A stretch of 64,000 bases of DNA from Patellaria atrata CBS 101060 (Eukaryota). The stretch covers positions 62,001 to 126,000 of the forward strand of contig MU006120.1 of the NCBI GenBank assembly GCA_010093705.1, in the 5' to 3' direction. This document shows positions 47,967-61,422 of this stretch, one piece after another. Within the stretch, counting starts at the first letter, position 1. Every line of letters begins with the position of its first letter. Below the pieces are notes generated by a model. That model had not been told where the DNA came from, ran no database searches, and saw only the letters and a list, made by a program, of their open reading frames with translations. Position numbers and translations under genes: made by a program.

Positions 47967-49912
47967 TCACCTATGGTACTCCTCTACATTATTCTCATTA
48001 ATCAACTCCATCCCCCTCTTCCTATAAGTATCCGGCTCCGCATAACTCGTCCTATTCGCATCAAACACAAAATCCATCGGTCTCCTATTATTATATCTCG
48101 GCCACCTCTCTCCCCTATCCCTCCTACCTCTCCACGCATTCGGATCCAGTTCATGCACAAAGCTCATCCAACTTCCACACATCAGTCTCGCCAAATCCTT
48201 ATAATTCTGGCCCTTCCCCCGGAACGGTGGCGTCGCAGCAGGACTATAACCCACGCCTAAAATATTATTGAACACAAACGCGACCTCCTGGAAATGCGTC
48301 ACGCCCACCAGTTCCGGGATATCCGCCGGGATGGCATTGAAGCGGTAGCGGTAGGCGGGTACACCGGCCGCGGCCCATGTTTGTGCGGTTAGCCGGCTGT
48401 TCGCGATGAAGATTTGGTCACCGTAGTACGCGCCCACGCGACGAAATTGGGAGCCTTGAGGAGGGCCGGGATGGAAGGTTGGAGGGAGGTTTTGGAGAAT
48501 AAACACGCTGGGGTCGTCCGGGTACGCGGCCATGATTTGGCGGGCAAACTCAGGGGAAATGTTCGTTTCACGTGGAGATGAAGCTTCGCGTGTTAGTATA
48601 TGGGCTTCGTTGGTGTGGGTGCAGCGTAAGTATAGCAACTTACTAATTAGGACATTAAAGAACTCCTCGTCCGTGTTAATCCCCTTTACACCGAATGCGG
48701 AGCCCTCATCTGAATTGGCGCCTGTGATGATGGGGACGTGGACGAATTCCCCACGCGCCAGTTGAAGTGATGTGAGACCACGGATGAAGTCATTGTCTAT
48801 GTGAGGAGCCCAGGCATTGATTAGAAATGGGAGAGCTGTACTGTTAATAACAGCGTTAAGTCGAGCAAAGGGTAGGTCCCGCAGACATTGTAGACTGTCT
48901 GGTGTTTGGATACACCCGGTTTGGAAAGCAATGAGGTCGTACAGTGATTGGAAGTCGGAAGTCTGGTTGAGTGCAGTGTATCGTACTGGGTTTCCACTTT
49001 GCATAATTGCCCCTTGGAATAGCTTATCGTCGCGGCCGCCGTATGCTGTGAGATGCATACCGACAGAATCTCCACCTGCTGACTCGCCAAATATCGTGAC
49101 TTTCTTCGGGTCGCCTGATACTGTGTCAGTACGGTCTAGGGGAGTTGAACATGAACTCACCTCCAAACGCAGCAATATTCTCCTGTACCCAATGAAGCGC
49201 CAATCTCTGATCCCTCAGACCGAGATTCGTCGCGCCAGCCGCTAGAGTCTGCTGAGAGGCCAGGAAACCCCACACAGATAGTCTATAGTTAATCGACACC
49301 CCGATAATTGGTTTACCAATCTCGGCTGCAGTCTGTACTGCAAAGGAGAGATTGTACCGCTGATCCGGAGCACCGCCCTGATAATAACCTCCGCCATGGA
49401 TCCAAAAAGCAACCGGGAGCTTCTTACCCTTGTGACCCGCTGGCCTTACGACATTGAGGTACAAACAGTCCTCTGAGGTCTCGTAGTTCCATTGGTCACT
49501 CTGTGAAAGAATCAGCAACTTATCCCTACATAACTCCAATTTCCAGTCCCACAATGTCATCCCACCTCTCAGAAACCAGAAATTAGGAATATAAGGACCC
49601 ACTTACCCCATAGCCAACACACTCTCTTGAATAGCTCGTAGCATTCCTGCTGCCGCTCCACCGCTCATCCAAGCTCTTCGGCGTTCTGAATCTGAGATTC
49701 CCGACCGGCGGCTGCGCATACGGGATACCGAGGAAGAAATCCTGCTCATACGGTGCCGAGTAGACGCCTACATACGTTCCATTCTTTACTTTCACAGTTG
49801 GAGGTTTGGATGCGTGTCGCGTCGAGCTCCCCGGCAAAGCTGTAACCAGCGAGGCAAGGTAGAGGGTCGCGTATAAAGCTTTGGTCAAACGAGCCATTTT
49901 GAGACTTACCAT
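47967..49912 (-). CDS. Secreted type-B carboxylesterase / fungal lipase, 4 exons (start 49912 or 49897)
   Basis: Signal peptide, [36 protein letters not shown] nucleophile, [14 protein letters not shown]. Confidence 0.93.
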
Positions 49913-51128
49913 GACAACTAATGTCGAAAACGTGTGGGCGACGGACAGGAAAGTGTAGCGGCGTCATCGTGGGCGAGCTTCTGTTTATATTCTCCAATTT
50001 CTCCAAGTCCTTGAGTAATGGAGTTGTGCGAAGAACTCCCCCGCTTCATAACCCTTGTAGGATCAAATTGCGAATACAGCTGAAACACATCCTTACTGCA
50101 TTGATAGAAACCAATAGGACAAGCTTTGCGTCTATATAATGATTTTAGATCCTTCTCACTGTCTCACACTCACAGTGTTGTTACCGGATCTACGCGCCAA
50201 GTATCAGCGGAGCCGCGTTGAATCCTCCACCTCTTCTCCGCAAACTTTGTTGTTTTCCTCAATGAGCGACAGACGCTGACAGTGAAAAACAATCCTCGCT
50301 GTTTTACCATTCTCGGAGTACCCAAAACTAGCTGAGAGATAGTTGCAAAATACGTATACCCTGTTTCCTGCAGATCGATGACGAGTGAAGGCGTCCACGG
50401 AAGAGATGAAGAGAGTATTCCGGTATTGGTATGGTCGAAAAGCGTTAAAAGGGAAGTTGAAAACATGGGGGTAGGATCAGGGGATCTGCAATTGATGGCT
50501 GAGATTCGGGCTTGCTAAGGACTGGGAATTGAAATATTGTGTTTTCAGTGTACAGACAGTACAGTAGAGGGAGAATAAAGGGGATGCGACTCTACAGTAC
50601 TGTATCTTAAGGAACGGGTAAGGCATGTCAAGTTAAGAACATGGTATCGTAGTACCTTACTGTATTACCATGATGGTCAAGATAATTGTGTCGCTAGAGC
50701 AAGAGACGGCCTTGAAGCCGTAAATATCTAACCCGAATCCCATCACAAGTGTTTGTCCCTAGATCACATTAGGAACCCCCAATGCTTTTTGCTTCCTTCC
50801 ATTCCCAATCACAGCTGCATGGGTCTCGAGACCCCAAAACGAGCCCTATATAAAGTATAGGAAGCGTGAAAGCACATGAACAGCCCACTAGGCATCACCC
50901 CAACTCCCAAGAAATGCATTTCAGAGGCTCTCGTTTACCATACCACTGCAAGGGAGCTGAAGATTTTCATATTTCCCACGATTTCAGCAGTGATTCATAC
51001 AAACACAACATAACGCCACCGGGAGAGTTACGCTTGGTATATCCTGGCATAAGGAGGTAAAGTCCTCCCAATGGAAAGAGAAAATGCATGCACACATGTC
51101 GACATTAATTGGGCGGTATTCCTGACAG

Positions 51129-53440
51129 TTATGGGTCTTTCGCATCGACCATGTTGACGTCCACCTCGGTCAGTTGTCTGTCTGCAGACGAGGACGGGTG
51201 GTACTCCGCCATGTGCTGATCTGGCATACTGACGGGACTGGCCGATCGGAACTGATCTATGGCCTCGTCCTCTGGTGGCGCGAAGGACCAGACCTACCAT
51301 ATTGTTAATTATAAGCAATTAGAAGCGTAGTACACCAGGGACTCACCTCCATAACTGTTTTCCCACCACGACTTGCCATGATAACGGCTTTCTCTTCTTC
51401 AAACACGACCCGCCATACTGCTTCGGCCGGCTGACTGAGCTCACGTACCAAGGCTCCCTTTGCGAGATCCCAGATTTTCACACGGCCATCGCTGCCTCCG
51501 CTAACAATGCGAGTATCGTCGAACTGTAAACTCGTGACGCTGTTGTCATGGGCCGCCAGCCTATGGATGGGTTGATTTTCAGTGAGAGACCAGACGCGTA
51601 CAGAGCCATCAGAGCCGCCCGTTACCAGGACGTCACCTCTCATCTGTAGCTGGCCAACTAGTGAAGTATGGCCCTGGAGGATTGCCATGCATCGCCTGGA
51701 AGAAGATCAGTACTTTGGGTTATCCAGAATTAGAAGAGAACGACTTACCCGTCTGTCGGATCCCATATTCTGACGCTGGTATCAAGACTACCGGTCGCTA
51801 TTCGTTTACCGTCGAAAGCGATGGCATATATTTGGCTGAAATGACCATTCAAGGTTCGGAGGCACTTCCCTTCCGAGATGCTCCATATCCTTGCCGTCGT
51901 ATCATAACTTCCGGAAACGATAAGATCTCCATGGATCTCCAAACACCGTACGCTGGCTTGATGCCCTACCAACACGTGCTTGCAGATACCCTTTGTGATA
52001 TCCCATATTCGGAGAGTCGTGTCTCTTGAGCCCGAAATTGCAGTGTTTGCATCTGACATCTTCAGACATCGTACTGTAGACGTATGTCCTCGTAAAGTGT
52101 GCACACTCGCACTACGCAGAAGCGTAAGGTTAGCGCATATCCTGCTGAGGTGTAACACTTCGACTTACCCTGTAGCCATATTCCACACCCTAACATCCCT
52201 ATCACAACCTCCGCTTACAAGTAAATCATCCCAAGGTACCATAGCCCAGACACCCATCACATGACCCTGTAACGTCTTTTGGTGTGAACCTTCGGTATCG
52301 AAAACATGAATCTTGGCATTATCCAAAGCGACGACGATGTATTTGTCTGTCAGATGAAGACTTGTAACAACTCCCTGGTCAGGAGTTATCTGCCTAGCAT
52401 CTACTTTGCCACCAGATCGCCAGGCAGTCTCGACCATATATCTCTGTTTGAAATGAGATTTATACGACATGGCCTTTGGTCGTCTCCGTCCAACTCTTGA
52501 ATGACCACTGCGATCTAAACTTTGAGTTCGTAAATCGGGAACGCTGTTGGATGGACCAGAAGACACTCCGTTGCTTGCCATCCGAAAAGAGGAGAAGCTG
52601 ACAGGGCGAGTGTAGGGTGATTCGCTTGGGGTATGCACATGACTAATGGGGCGCTTGGGCGGGGATTGTACCTCGTTGGAAAGTCTACGATATGCGTGTT
52701 TCTCGCAGAGCGCTTTCCAAGCCATATCGTCACTGACTAACTCTCGCCATCGTTTGGAAACTTGTGATGATCTGGCAAGTGTTGTGGGGTCGTCTATGAA
52801 AGTAAGGACCTGGATCATGGTTAGTGGATAATATCAAGCTGTAAGGAAGTCTATAATATCAAGCCGTGGGGAAGTCTTTAACATCAAGATAGAAAGGGGG
52901 TAGATAATATGAATCTGTGAGGAAAATACTCCCACATACCCGTAGACACAGTTCTGTCGGAAGGCTTGTGAATGGATCCTTTTTCAATCTGGGACTGACA
53001 AAATCATGGACAAAGCCCAAAAGATGGCTGTTGCACATGTTCAATATTTCGGCCAATAGTCTCTCTCTCTCCGCATCGTTGATCTCTGCGAAAAGAGCGC
53101 GGACATGGCTAACTTGTGAATCTTCATGTTCCTCCGCAGTACTCCAATCCGGTGCTCTCTGGGTTGGTGTGGGACTTGGTGCAGGTGTAGGAGGAGATGC
53201 TGGCGCGGACGGAGGTAGATTCTGTGCTAACATCGAGGAACGCATGGGACTTGTAGGAGTATGTATTGCGGCGGCCTGCGATCTTGCTTTCCACGTCCTT
53301 CTACTCCTGGAGCGCGGAGTCGGAGAGGGGAAGAGAGAAGGTGGGCCTTGGAGGGTAGTTGTAGCATCATGATCGGAATCGAGTTGTGCGACAGCGTTTG
53401 CGTCTAGATTGTCATCGATCATGTCGAACTCTTCTGCCAT
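51129..53440 (-). CDS. F-box/WD40 repeat SCF substrate receptor (Cdc4/Fbw7-like), 5 exons
   Basis: DPFTSLPTELCLR|VLTFIDD...QVSKRW F-box, followed by GH...WD repeats (VSGGCDRDVRVW, SGSRDTTLRIWD, SGSYDTTARIW, TGSLDTSVRIWD); last exon VWSFAPP...DP*. Confidence 0.92.
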
Positions 53441-54819
53441 ATTGTAGTCTCGTGCAAGAATGTCTCGGGACGTGGTCTCGCAAGTATATGCGTGGCGGAC
53501 TGCAAAACTGCTGAGACGGCGACCGCTCTTCAAGCAGGAAGCTCGAGAAGAGCTGACGAACTACAGCAGCGATCGGGGCAAATCCGAGCTCGTCTGGAAG
53601 CCTGTAAAAGGGTGCACTTTGGACTTGGACTTGCCGACTGGAAGACGAGGTTTGAAGAGTGCACTCGGAGAAGTTGGAAGCTAGTGTTTCGGAGCGCAGG
53701 TCTTGGACGTCTCAGACTGTTGATTTAATTCGAATCTTCGAAGAAGCAACCCCCTTTATCTGTTGAACTTGAGGTTATAAGCCTAAGTCCTCCAGAAAAA
53801 GGTATTGAGATATACGTTATATCTGGGGACGACCTCGTTAGGTCCAACAGAGTTTAGGGGCGGCAAACTTGTGATGACTGATGAGCGAAAGTCAGAGAGC
53901 GCAAAAACGGTGGCACACTGGCACCAAAGCCGACCCTAAAGCTCAGGTGCTGCTTTGCCTATTCAGCGCTTCGATGGGCGGCTCCAGCTGCTTCGTCCAG
54001 CTCGGACCAACTGTGAGGGAAGAAGCGAGAAAAACTGCCAGATAACTTTGCACCTCAATTGATCTTCAAATATCTTTTATTTACAGTCCACCCATCAATT
54101 TGTCACTTGGATTTACAGAAACGACAAGAACCTCGTTGACTTGAATCATATCGCGTCGAAACAGGATCTCTGACGATATTGCGCAACCCGTGATCGATCG
54201 TCACGCTCCGCCGCCAATTGCGCCCATAGTAAACCGGCTTAAATACAAAATAGCATTATTGAACATCAAAGAAGGCTAATACCTGGATTCATCTATTATC
54301 CGTTTGACCACCAGCTCAATTAGGGAATGCTAAGGACGACTTAAGAAGAGGAATCCATTCAGAGTCTCGTATAAGTACTATTTCCGGAAACTTGAACGCT
54401 TGACCTCATTCGGGAGTCTGAATCGTCAACTGCCTCAAAATATGGCGATGCCTCTCAGCTTGGGTTTGATGTAAGGTCCTTGGTCGGTTCCAACTTGTTC
54501 AAAGAGCAGGAGTTCGCTAATCGCAGCTGATGGCATCGCGACCCATATGCATGACTGCATGATTCCTTTAAACCTTGGTTATTAACCTTAACCCAAGCTC
54601 AAATATCGTAAATATGTTTCCTCAATAAGTTAGAAGATGCAACAAAGGTTGTTCGTCACAACTTTCAGATCATATAGATCATATCTTATGGGTCATAGTG
54701 CATTTAACATTTGCATTTGGTGCAATAATCTAAATTCAAGAAGACTAAGACAGCCGCAACCCTCTAGCAATGCTTAAATGCCGCATCATAACTCATTCGA
54801 AACCCCAAAAGTTCAACAT

Positions 54820-55593
54820 CTAGCACCTGGAAACAGCAGGGCCTGGAACTTGATAGGTAGCTGGGTTGAAGTTGTTATAGATGTTAGCGGTGTATCCGGG
54901 ATCGCTGGACTTGAAAGCGCCTGGGATAGAGACACCGTTGAAATTGGTGCTACCACCGCCAGTGACCTTGACCTGTGCGCAGGAGATGTAGAACTGCGGT
55001 GGACTGCCGGGGTTGTGGATACCGAGTTGCTGGATTCGTAATAGGTATTCGCCAGCAGCAATGCAGCTAGGGATCTGGACATCATAGGTGTTCCTCATTG
55101 GCCATTGGCCGCTGGAACTGACGCTGATATCCGCAATCTTGAACCATGGGGTCGAGCCATCGGCAGTAGCAGCGTTGGCGACCTTGGTCATGTAGAAAGA
55201 GATCGGGCCTTGATGGTAGACGGCGGTATCTGAGGTAAAGGTCACAGTGCTACCTGCAGCTATGGAAACTGTGCTTGTCGAGGAGCCGCTGGCACCGCCG
55301 ACATTGCATCGGAGATCAGGCGAAGACAGATCTATTCAAAAGTTATTAGGGACATGATTAGTGAAAGCAAGCAGTAAGACGTTGCGTACCAGTAACCGGA
55401 GAGTTGTAGTTGGTGTTCCTCCTGATATTTTGATATTGGCCACCCTTGACGCCGTTGGCAGTCAAAAACTGGAAGATGTCTACAACTGTTAGAATTTGCG
55501 AATATAAAAAATGGAGGATGAGTACGCACAATGACCGTGGGCGGCATTGACTAGCATAGAAGCTGCAAGGGTAATAGCGGTAAAGGCCTTCAT
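54820..55593 (-). CDS. Lytic polysaccharide monooxygenase AA9 (GH61), no CBM, 3 exons
   Basis: Signal peptide then N-terminal His (HYIF), NYNSPVT, LRCN, VYHQGP, GEYLLRIQQLGIH, PQFYISCAQ; TATAAAA at 55664-55670. Confidence 0.95.
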
Positions 55594-57429
55594 TTTGAGA
55601 CTTACTGATCGTCTTGTTTGATCTTGGCGACTGTGAGGATTCAAAGTTGAGGCAAAGGCACCTTTTTATAATTGTGTCTCCTACATAACGGCCATATACG
55701 GGAATAGACGTATGAGCTCATGAGTCGTTCGGTACGGCGGATAAATTAAATTATCGAATATTTTGGGCAGCCGTTATCCATGTGGACATTATTCATATAG
55801 AAACCTCGCCCAGAACCTCAAGATCGGAGCACTTCCGTTTTCTAACTTTTCTAGGAGTGACGATCTTGTGACCCCGAAGGGCCTGAGCAAAGACAGAGTT
55901 TACAGTAGACTGGGATAGGAAGCAAAGAAAGGGGTAGCATGTCATAGTAGCAAATGGGATTTTCGAGTATAAAACGTACCTACAGGAGGCGTTCAAACAG
56001 CCGGAATGCACTTGGAAGAATCAAGGAAGACGACAATAATACCGTAGGGCAGAATTTTGGCCAAACCATCTATACCTCCGGGGTAATTGAGCTTAGCTGC
56101 GCCACCATGCGTATATCTGGACAAGATTTTGACTCGGCTGTAGGTTGATTGGAGTTTCAATAACAAAGGGAAATCAAAGTTTGTGGGGAAGAGAGCATGG
56201 GCATATATGGGGTACCTGGTCTCGATGCCAGATAAATTAATAGCAGCGGCCGTCGGGCCGCCACTATTCAATTACACAAATGTTCCGATAGGTTCATGAA
56301 GGGAAGAACAAAAGAGACATAACCGGAGTAGACAGGATAAACACAGAAAGTCTACTTACTCCAGCTTACTCCAGGCCGAGGTCATGATATTCTAGATCCC
56401 AAGTTCATGCGAAGAAGCCACAAGCTTGGAGACAGCAATAAATTCCAATGCAGCTAGAGATGGAACGAATATACTCAAAATAATTTATTCACTATGGCAT
56501 CGCCGTGGTAGGAAATGGGAGGGTAACGTCATCAAGGCATACAACAGCCAGACCATGAAGCTTAACAAGCAGGTAGAAACACGTTGCAGTGAGAAGATGT
56601 TGTGGGGAAGAAGCGCGAGGAAGTTGTCAAGTTTCGGAAGTGGAATGCGGGAGTGAGTAGATAGGAGTTCTACGGAGAGCCGCAACACCCCATTTGCAAT
56701 TCCGCCAACACTCTAGGGCATACTTTAGAGCACACTCGAATAACGCTATGAACGTCCAAAGGTAAACTTCAGGTCACAAAGAGGAGCCCTTTCTCTAAGC
56801 ACAGGAAACTATGTTTCTATCTCCTGGAGTATCAACATGCTTCAATGTTTTTCTCACTCTTTGGCGCGATATCCTGAGCGACATCGTGACCATAGTTCTA
56901 CCGCAGTCACTGCAACCTCAATATATCGCCGATTCTTGCTACCATGTTTTCGTAACTGCACGCATCAAGCCCAAGCCAGCAACTCAAGAAATCAGTCAGT
57001 CTGAAATATGTGTGTCTCAGTACTCCGTACTATGTATGCCTTGGTTTTGCACATACTCAAGCTTCTGTTATCAATACGTCAATATATTAGAGACATCAGG
57101 TATTGACACGTCTTTTCTTTTACGGAAAGCTGGTTATAAACATTATCTTAATCCCTTTGATACCGTCCCTATAGCATGCTGTACTTAGATTATACATGTC
57201 TTTAGTAAACAGCCTCTAATTTCCTCTTATGCCGACAACTGCACGGATGACGTGTTGCCAAAGCTCCGTGTCCTCCCTACTACCAGTCTAATAAAAGAGT
57301 AACCGCCGAAGGGAACCATGGTCTAAGGTATAAGAAATCTCGTTCAGATAGATTATGTGTGTCTTTCATCTAAGTGGCTGTTACAACTTGTCATTACTCG
57401 TTCCATACTCTCCCCATTTGCTTGATATT

Positions 57430-58270
57430 CACTTTCGTTAGGTCATTATCCTCTGACACTCCTAACTTCTTATTTTCTCCCTGCTTGCTCCTCTTAGGAT
57501 TATTTGATTCCTCGATCACTCTCTCTTCGAGAACCTACAATCTCTTTGATCTCTCGTCCCGACGTGTGAACGACAGCGCCATATAAACTCCAGAGATAAG
57601 CATAATAGTATCTTTAGCCTGGAGCCACGAAGGTCCAAGTCCTAGATACCCTCTATCCATTAAGAGTATTAACGGTATGCTGTTGTTTCAAATTGCTGTC
57701 AAAATCCCCTCTCGAGTTCCGCTTCTTCCTCATCAACCACCTCCTCCAGCCATTCCATGTTATTATGCTTCTCTTTTATTTCATCCCACAGCAACCAGTG
57801 ATGACCCAAAAGGTTACGCCCAGTAAAGGATGGACCAAGTGTTCCACGAGTATTCCGACACACTATAAAGTCCATCCAGCACAAGACTCTTCGCATCAAT
57901 TCTTCTGGCCGTCCTAGACGCTAACTCTCTCAAGTGTCGACGGTAATTGTTCTACATAGCGCCACAAGTCCCGGCTCCCGCTTGGGTGTGTTTTTTATGG
58001 TACACACGAGAAATTCGAATATATTCATGGTTCTACCTGAAAGCATATGCCGGGCATCTTGAGAACTTCCCTCGCATTGTCCCAGACCGCTGATACCATT
58101 ATAGCCGACTGCGATCGGCTGTGATTTTAGATTTTTGGCCATTTGAGTACAGACATACATTGAAGTCAATTCTTCTTATTAAATGTTCTTGGTTTGTCCA
58201 AACCTCAGGGACCATCACTCAAGCTGGAATCCCCTCGGAAGCCTCTTCACCAGACAAACGAGAAGCAAGA
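57430..58270 (-). pseudogene. Degenerate C-terminal half of a HET-6-like heterokaryon incompatibility protein
   Basis: LILLMDRGYLGLGPSWLQAKDTIMLISGVYMAL around 57575-57670 and IPA*VMVPEVW (cf. LPSWVPDW) near 58190-58235; many stops and frameshifts; HET domain itself not found. Confidence 0.5.
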
Positions 58271-59629
58271 GAAAGGAGTTATAACCGTGTGAAAGGGTGT
58301 GAGAGCATGCAAGCGGAAGAGATGGTGTAGTTGCTTTCTGTTACGCGGTTTTAGTCCGCAATAAGTTCCAAGTCTGTCATTGCTTTCCTTCTCTGGCCGA
58401 CCAAATTAACGGACATATATGTACTAACTCGTCAAATGCTTTCCGACTTCTCAGGTAATGACTTTTAGTACTTTGGATTGAACTGGACTCTTCGTTTTCC
58501 AGGGGTTACAAAATATATTCACTTTCAGACAACACAGGTCCAAAAGGGAAACACTCACAAATATGGGATGATCTCCGGCAACCGTGGCTCTTCGACTCTT
58601 ACATACGATAGGCATTTAGTCAAACATCATCGCAAATCGTTCGGAGGATTCTCCTTAGAATTCAGTATGGTAGGAAGGAGGGAATGTTGTCCAAGAGTAG
58701 TGTAAACCATTCCTACAGCAGTGCGGTTCTCCTCCCATCTATCTTTTGACTCAGGACTTCGGCCCATCTGCTTTAGTATAACTGGTCTAATCAATCATGT
58801 CCACATCACCGTTTGCGCTCATCATGGACCAATTGGTATGTTTGAGGGCGCGCAACTCACGCAAGATTTATTCTTTACTATATTTAGTTGCGTGAAAATC
58901 TCCAATTCGCACCAAGGGCATAGAAGGAGTCTATCTTTACGAAGTTCAAGAAAGGAAACGATAGCAAAAAGCCAACCGAAACGGAACCATGCGTGTCAAG
59001 CATCCATCACCATCTAACCGTGAGCGACTTTCATTAAGTTTCAAGAGAGATTAGTACAACTTGTAAAATAACGCATCCCCTGAATCTCTAATCTGAGGAG
59101 ACGGTCAGTTTTGCCGCGTCTGCAGTTTGAGGCCAGTATATGACCTAGCTCGTTAGGGTCAGTGGAGCTGGAGGCTACTCAAAGAGCATCCGCACAGTAA
59201 ATGGGGAGAGATTATTTTGGACTAGTTATACAGTCAGGTCTATGACTTCCGATGGAAGCAGATCCGCACGAAGAGCTTGGGACACGGCGGAGTCAAGCCC
59301 CTTTCAAGGCTAGCCATACTTGAAGCCAGGAGGTGTTCGAGTTATGTCCCCATAAATCTGCAGGTCTTTATAGACTGGTTCATTAAGTATATGGGGAATA
59401 TGTACATTCAAAGAGCAGCGATGCAGTAACTCGGGGAAGCGCCACGGCAAGGGAACAGATAAAAACAGATATTCATTTCCTTTCATACTGCTTACTAGTG
59501 TCGAAGGTACGGAGCGATATATTCTCCTCTTCCCATACTAAACCTCCTTTAGGATAGGGGTAGGAAGGTCCAGAGGTACTCTTTCTAGCGGTACCCGTTC
59601 AGGTTTGTAACAAGGCAAAGGTTCCCAAT

Positions 59630-61053
59630 AATCACTCATCTCCTTAGCTGTAGGACGAAATCCAGATTTATCATGAAGAAATTCTTACTATGAATTTGCA
59701 ATCTTGTTGAAGAGAACTTGAAACCTCATTGATTTGATGCTCAAGGTTGGTGATCCACTGAATGACTAGAGCGATATTTTGATGGTAGGTAGGTCCGTCC
59801 TTGCATCTAAAAGTAGAAAAAGTGTCCAAGGAAATATGATCTAACCCAGTCGTATATATCCATGTTAGAATTTCCGAAGAAAACACATCCCATGGAGAAG
59901 ATGTCCGACGACCGACCTCTTGGATCACCGCAGGCGACTTATGGTGAATACTACATGTGGGTGAAGGCGATTGTACCATCTGTTTCGGTTGAATCGAGTT
60001 CCCGAGTCTGTCGCGCAATGCTAAAGTCGGTTGTATATACATGGTGTCTCTCGTAGGATTTATATTGCACCAAGATGTTGGAGGGCTTGATATCCATATG
60101 CTTGATTCCAGAAGCATGAGTATACGCCAAAGCACTAGATAAGCAATGAAACCAGGCTCGATAGGTCAGTCGACAATGGATTTCGATATCTGGAAGTATG
60201 ATTGTGTGCCACTTTGCTCTCATGTAAGTTTTCAAGTCACGATCTGCCATAGGGTACATCAAGATAGGAAGATGTTTGCCACAAGCATAACTACCGATAA
60301 GGCGAACGATATGTGAACGTTCCAGTCGTTGAAGATGCTGGACCTCCTTGATCGCCTCCTCAAATGAAATTCTACGATGGCAAATCATTTCTTTCTCGCA
60401 AGACGGATTCTCCTACAGATCACGGAGTGGACTCCTGCATTCCCTGTCCTTGCTATCTCTTTCTCTTCAGTAAACGGAAGTTCAGACTCGGTCCCTTCTC
60501 GTATTTCCACATGTCTAAATCCGCTCCAGTCAAGCATATTAGCGTCGAACTCTAAGAGTCCTGCATCGCGGGCTCTGCGAGAATGTCGGTGTTCAACAAA
60601 AATAGAGGCTTGACCGATTGCGGATTTTGCTGTCTTCCGTCTACCAGTAATTGTGCACCAGATTGCTCACTATTTTGATTTGATAGTGCGGAATGATAAT
60701 CTGCTTAAGTCCCTTGATGTGATGGCGCAGAATGATGTTGCGAGAACCTTTCTCGATATGACAACGTGGGATGTGACTGCGAAGAATAATAGTCTGGGAT
60801 GGTTCTTTGAATGGCAACAAAGCATCGTCATTTGAAAAATTCCCATCCCCTATCTCCATTATTTCCGGTTCCGGATGATACTTGTGGTCAAGATATCGAT
60901 GAATCCCATCATGTTCACAGTGAGTCTTGCTCAAGTAGTGGTCGAGATGTTTCCGTGTAGTCTTAATTATAATGTTTTCGGGAAGTGCGTACTGAGCCTC
61001 TCTGCCGTCGAATATCAAGGTCGGGTACAAGGCTAAACCTTCATGCATCTCAA
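59630..61053 (-). pseudogene. Ser/Thr protein kinase pseudogene
   Basis: LDWSGFRHVE, CRRIRLARKK, EVQHLQRL, HMDIKPSNIL, DFS, SDIFSMGCVF, RPTAKEM; stops at 59951-59953 and 59939-59941 and frameshifts near 60387, 59880 and 59675. Confidence 0.85.
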
Positions 61054-61422
61054 CTATACATCCTGCTGGATTGGTCGAATCACGTGACACGGGAGCATGT
61101 ATGAAAGGTCAGAGGGAGTTGGTACGCAAATGTGATTCTTCAATCTGAATTGATATACTTTAAGTCAGCATTGGCTTGTTGACCCGAAAGATGCTGATAC
61201 CTCATGCTATCTTATGCGTTACATGCGTAACTCTTCGTCACTAAGCCGTCCCCGAGTGAGTGCGTGCCTATAGCTCTCTCTCGTCCGGACATTGACGATG
61301 TCATCGAGCACCAATTTTAGGTTCCTTTTTCCTCCCCAGGTGGGACGGTCTTCTACAGTTCCCGCACCATTCTTTATGAGCAATAACATACCCTCACGGG
61401 GGTATCGTGCTGTTGTAAAATC

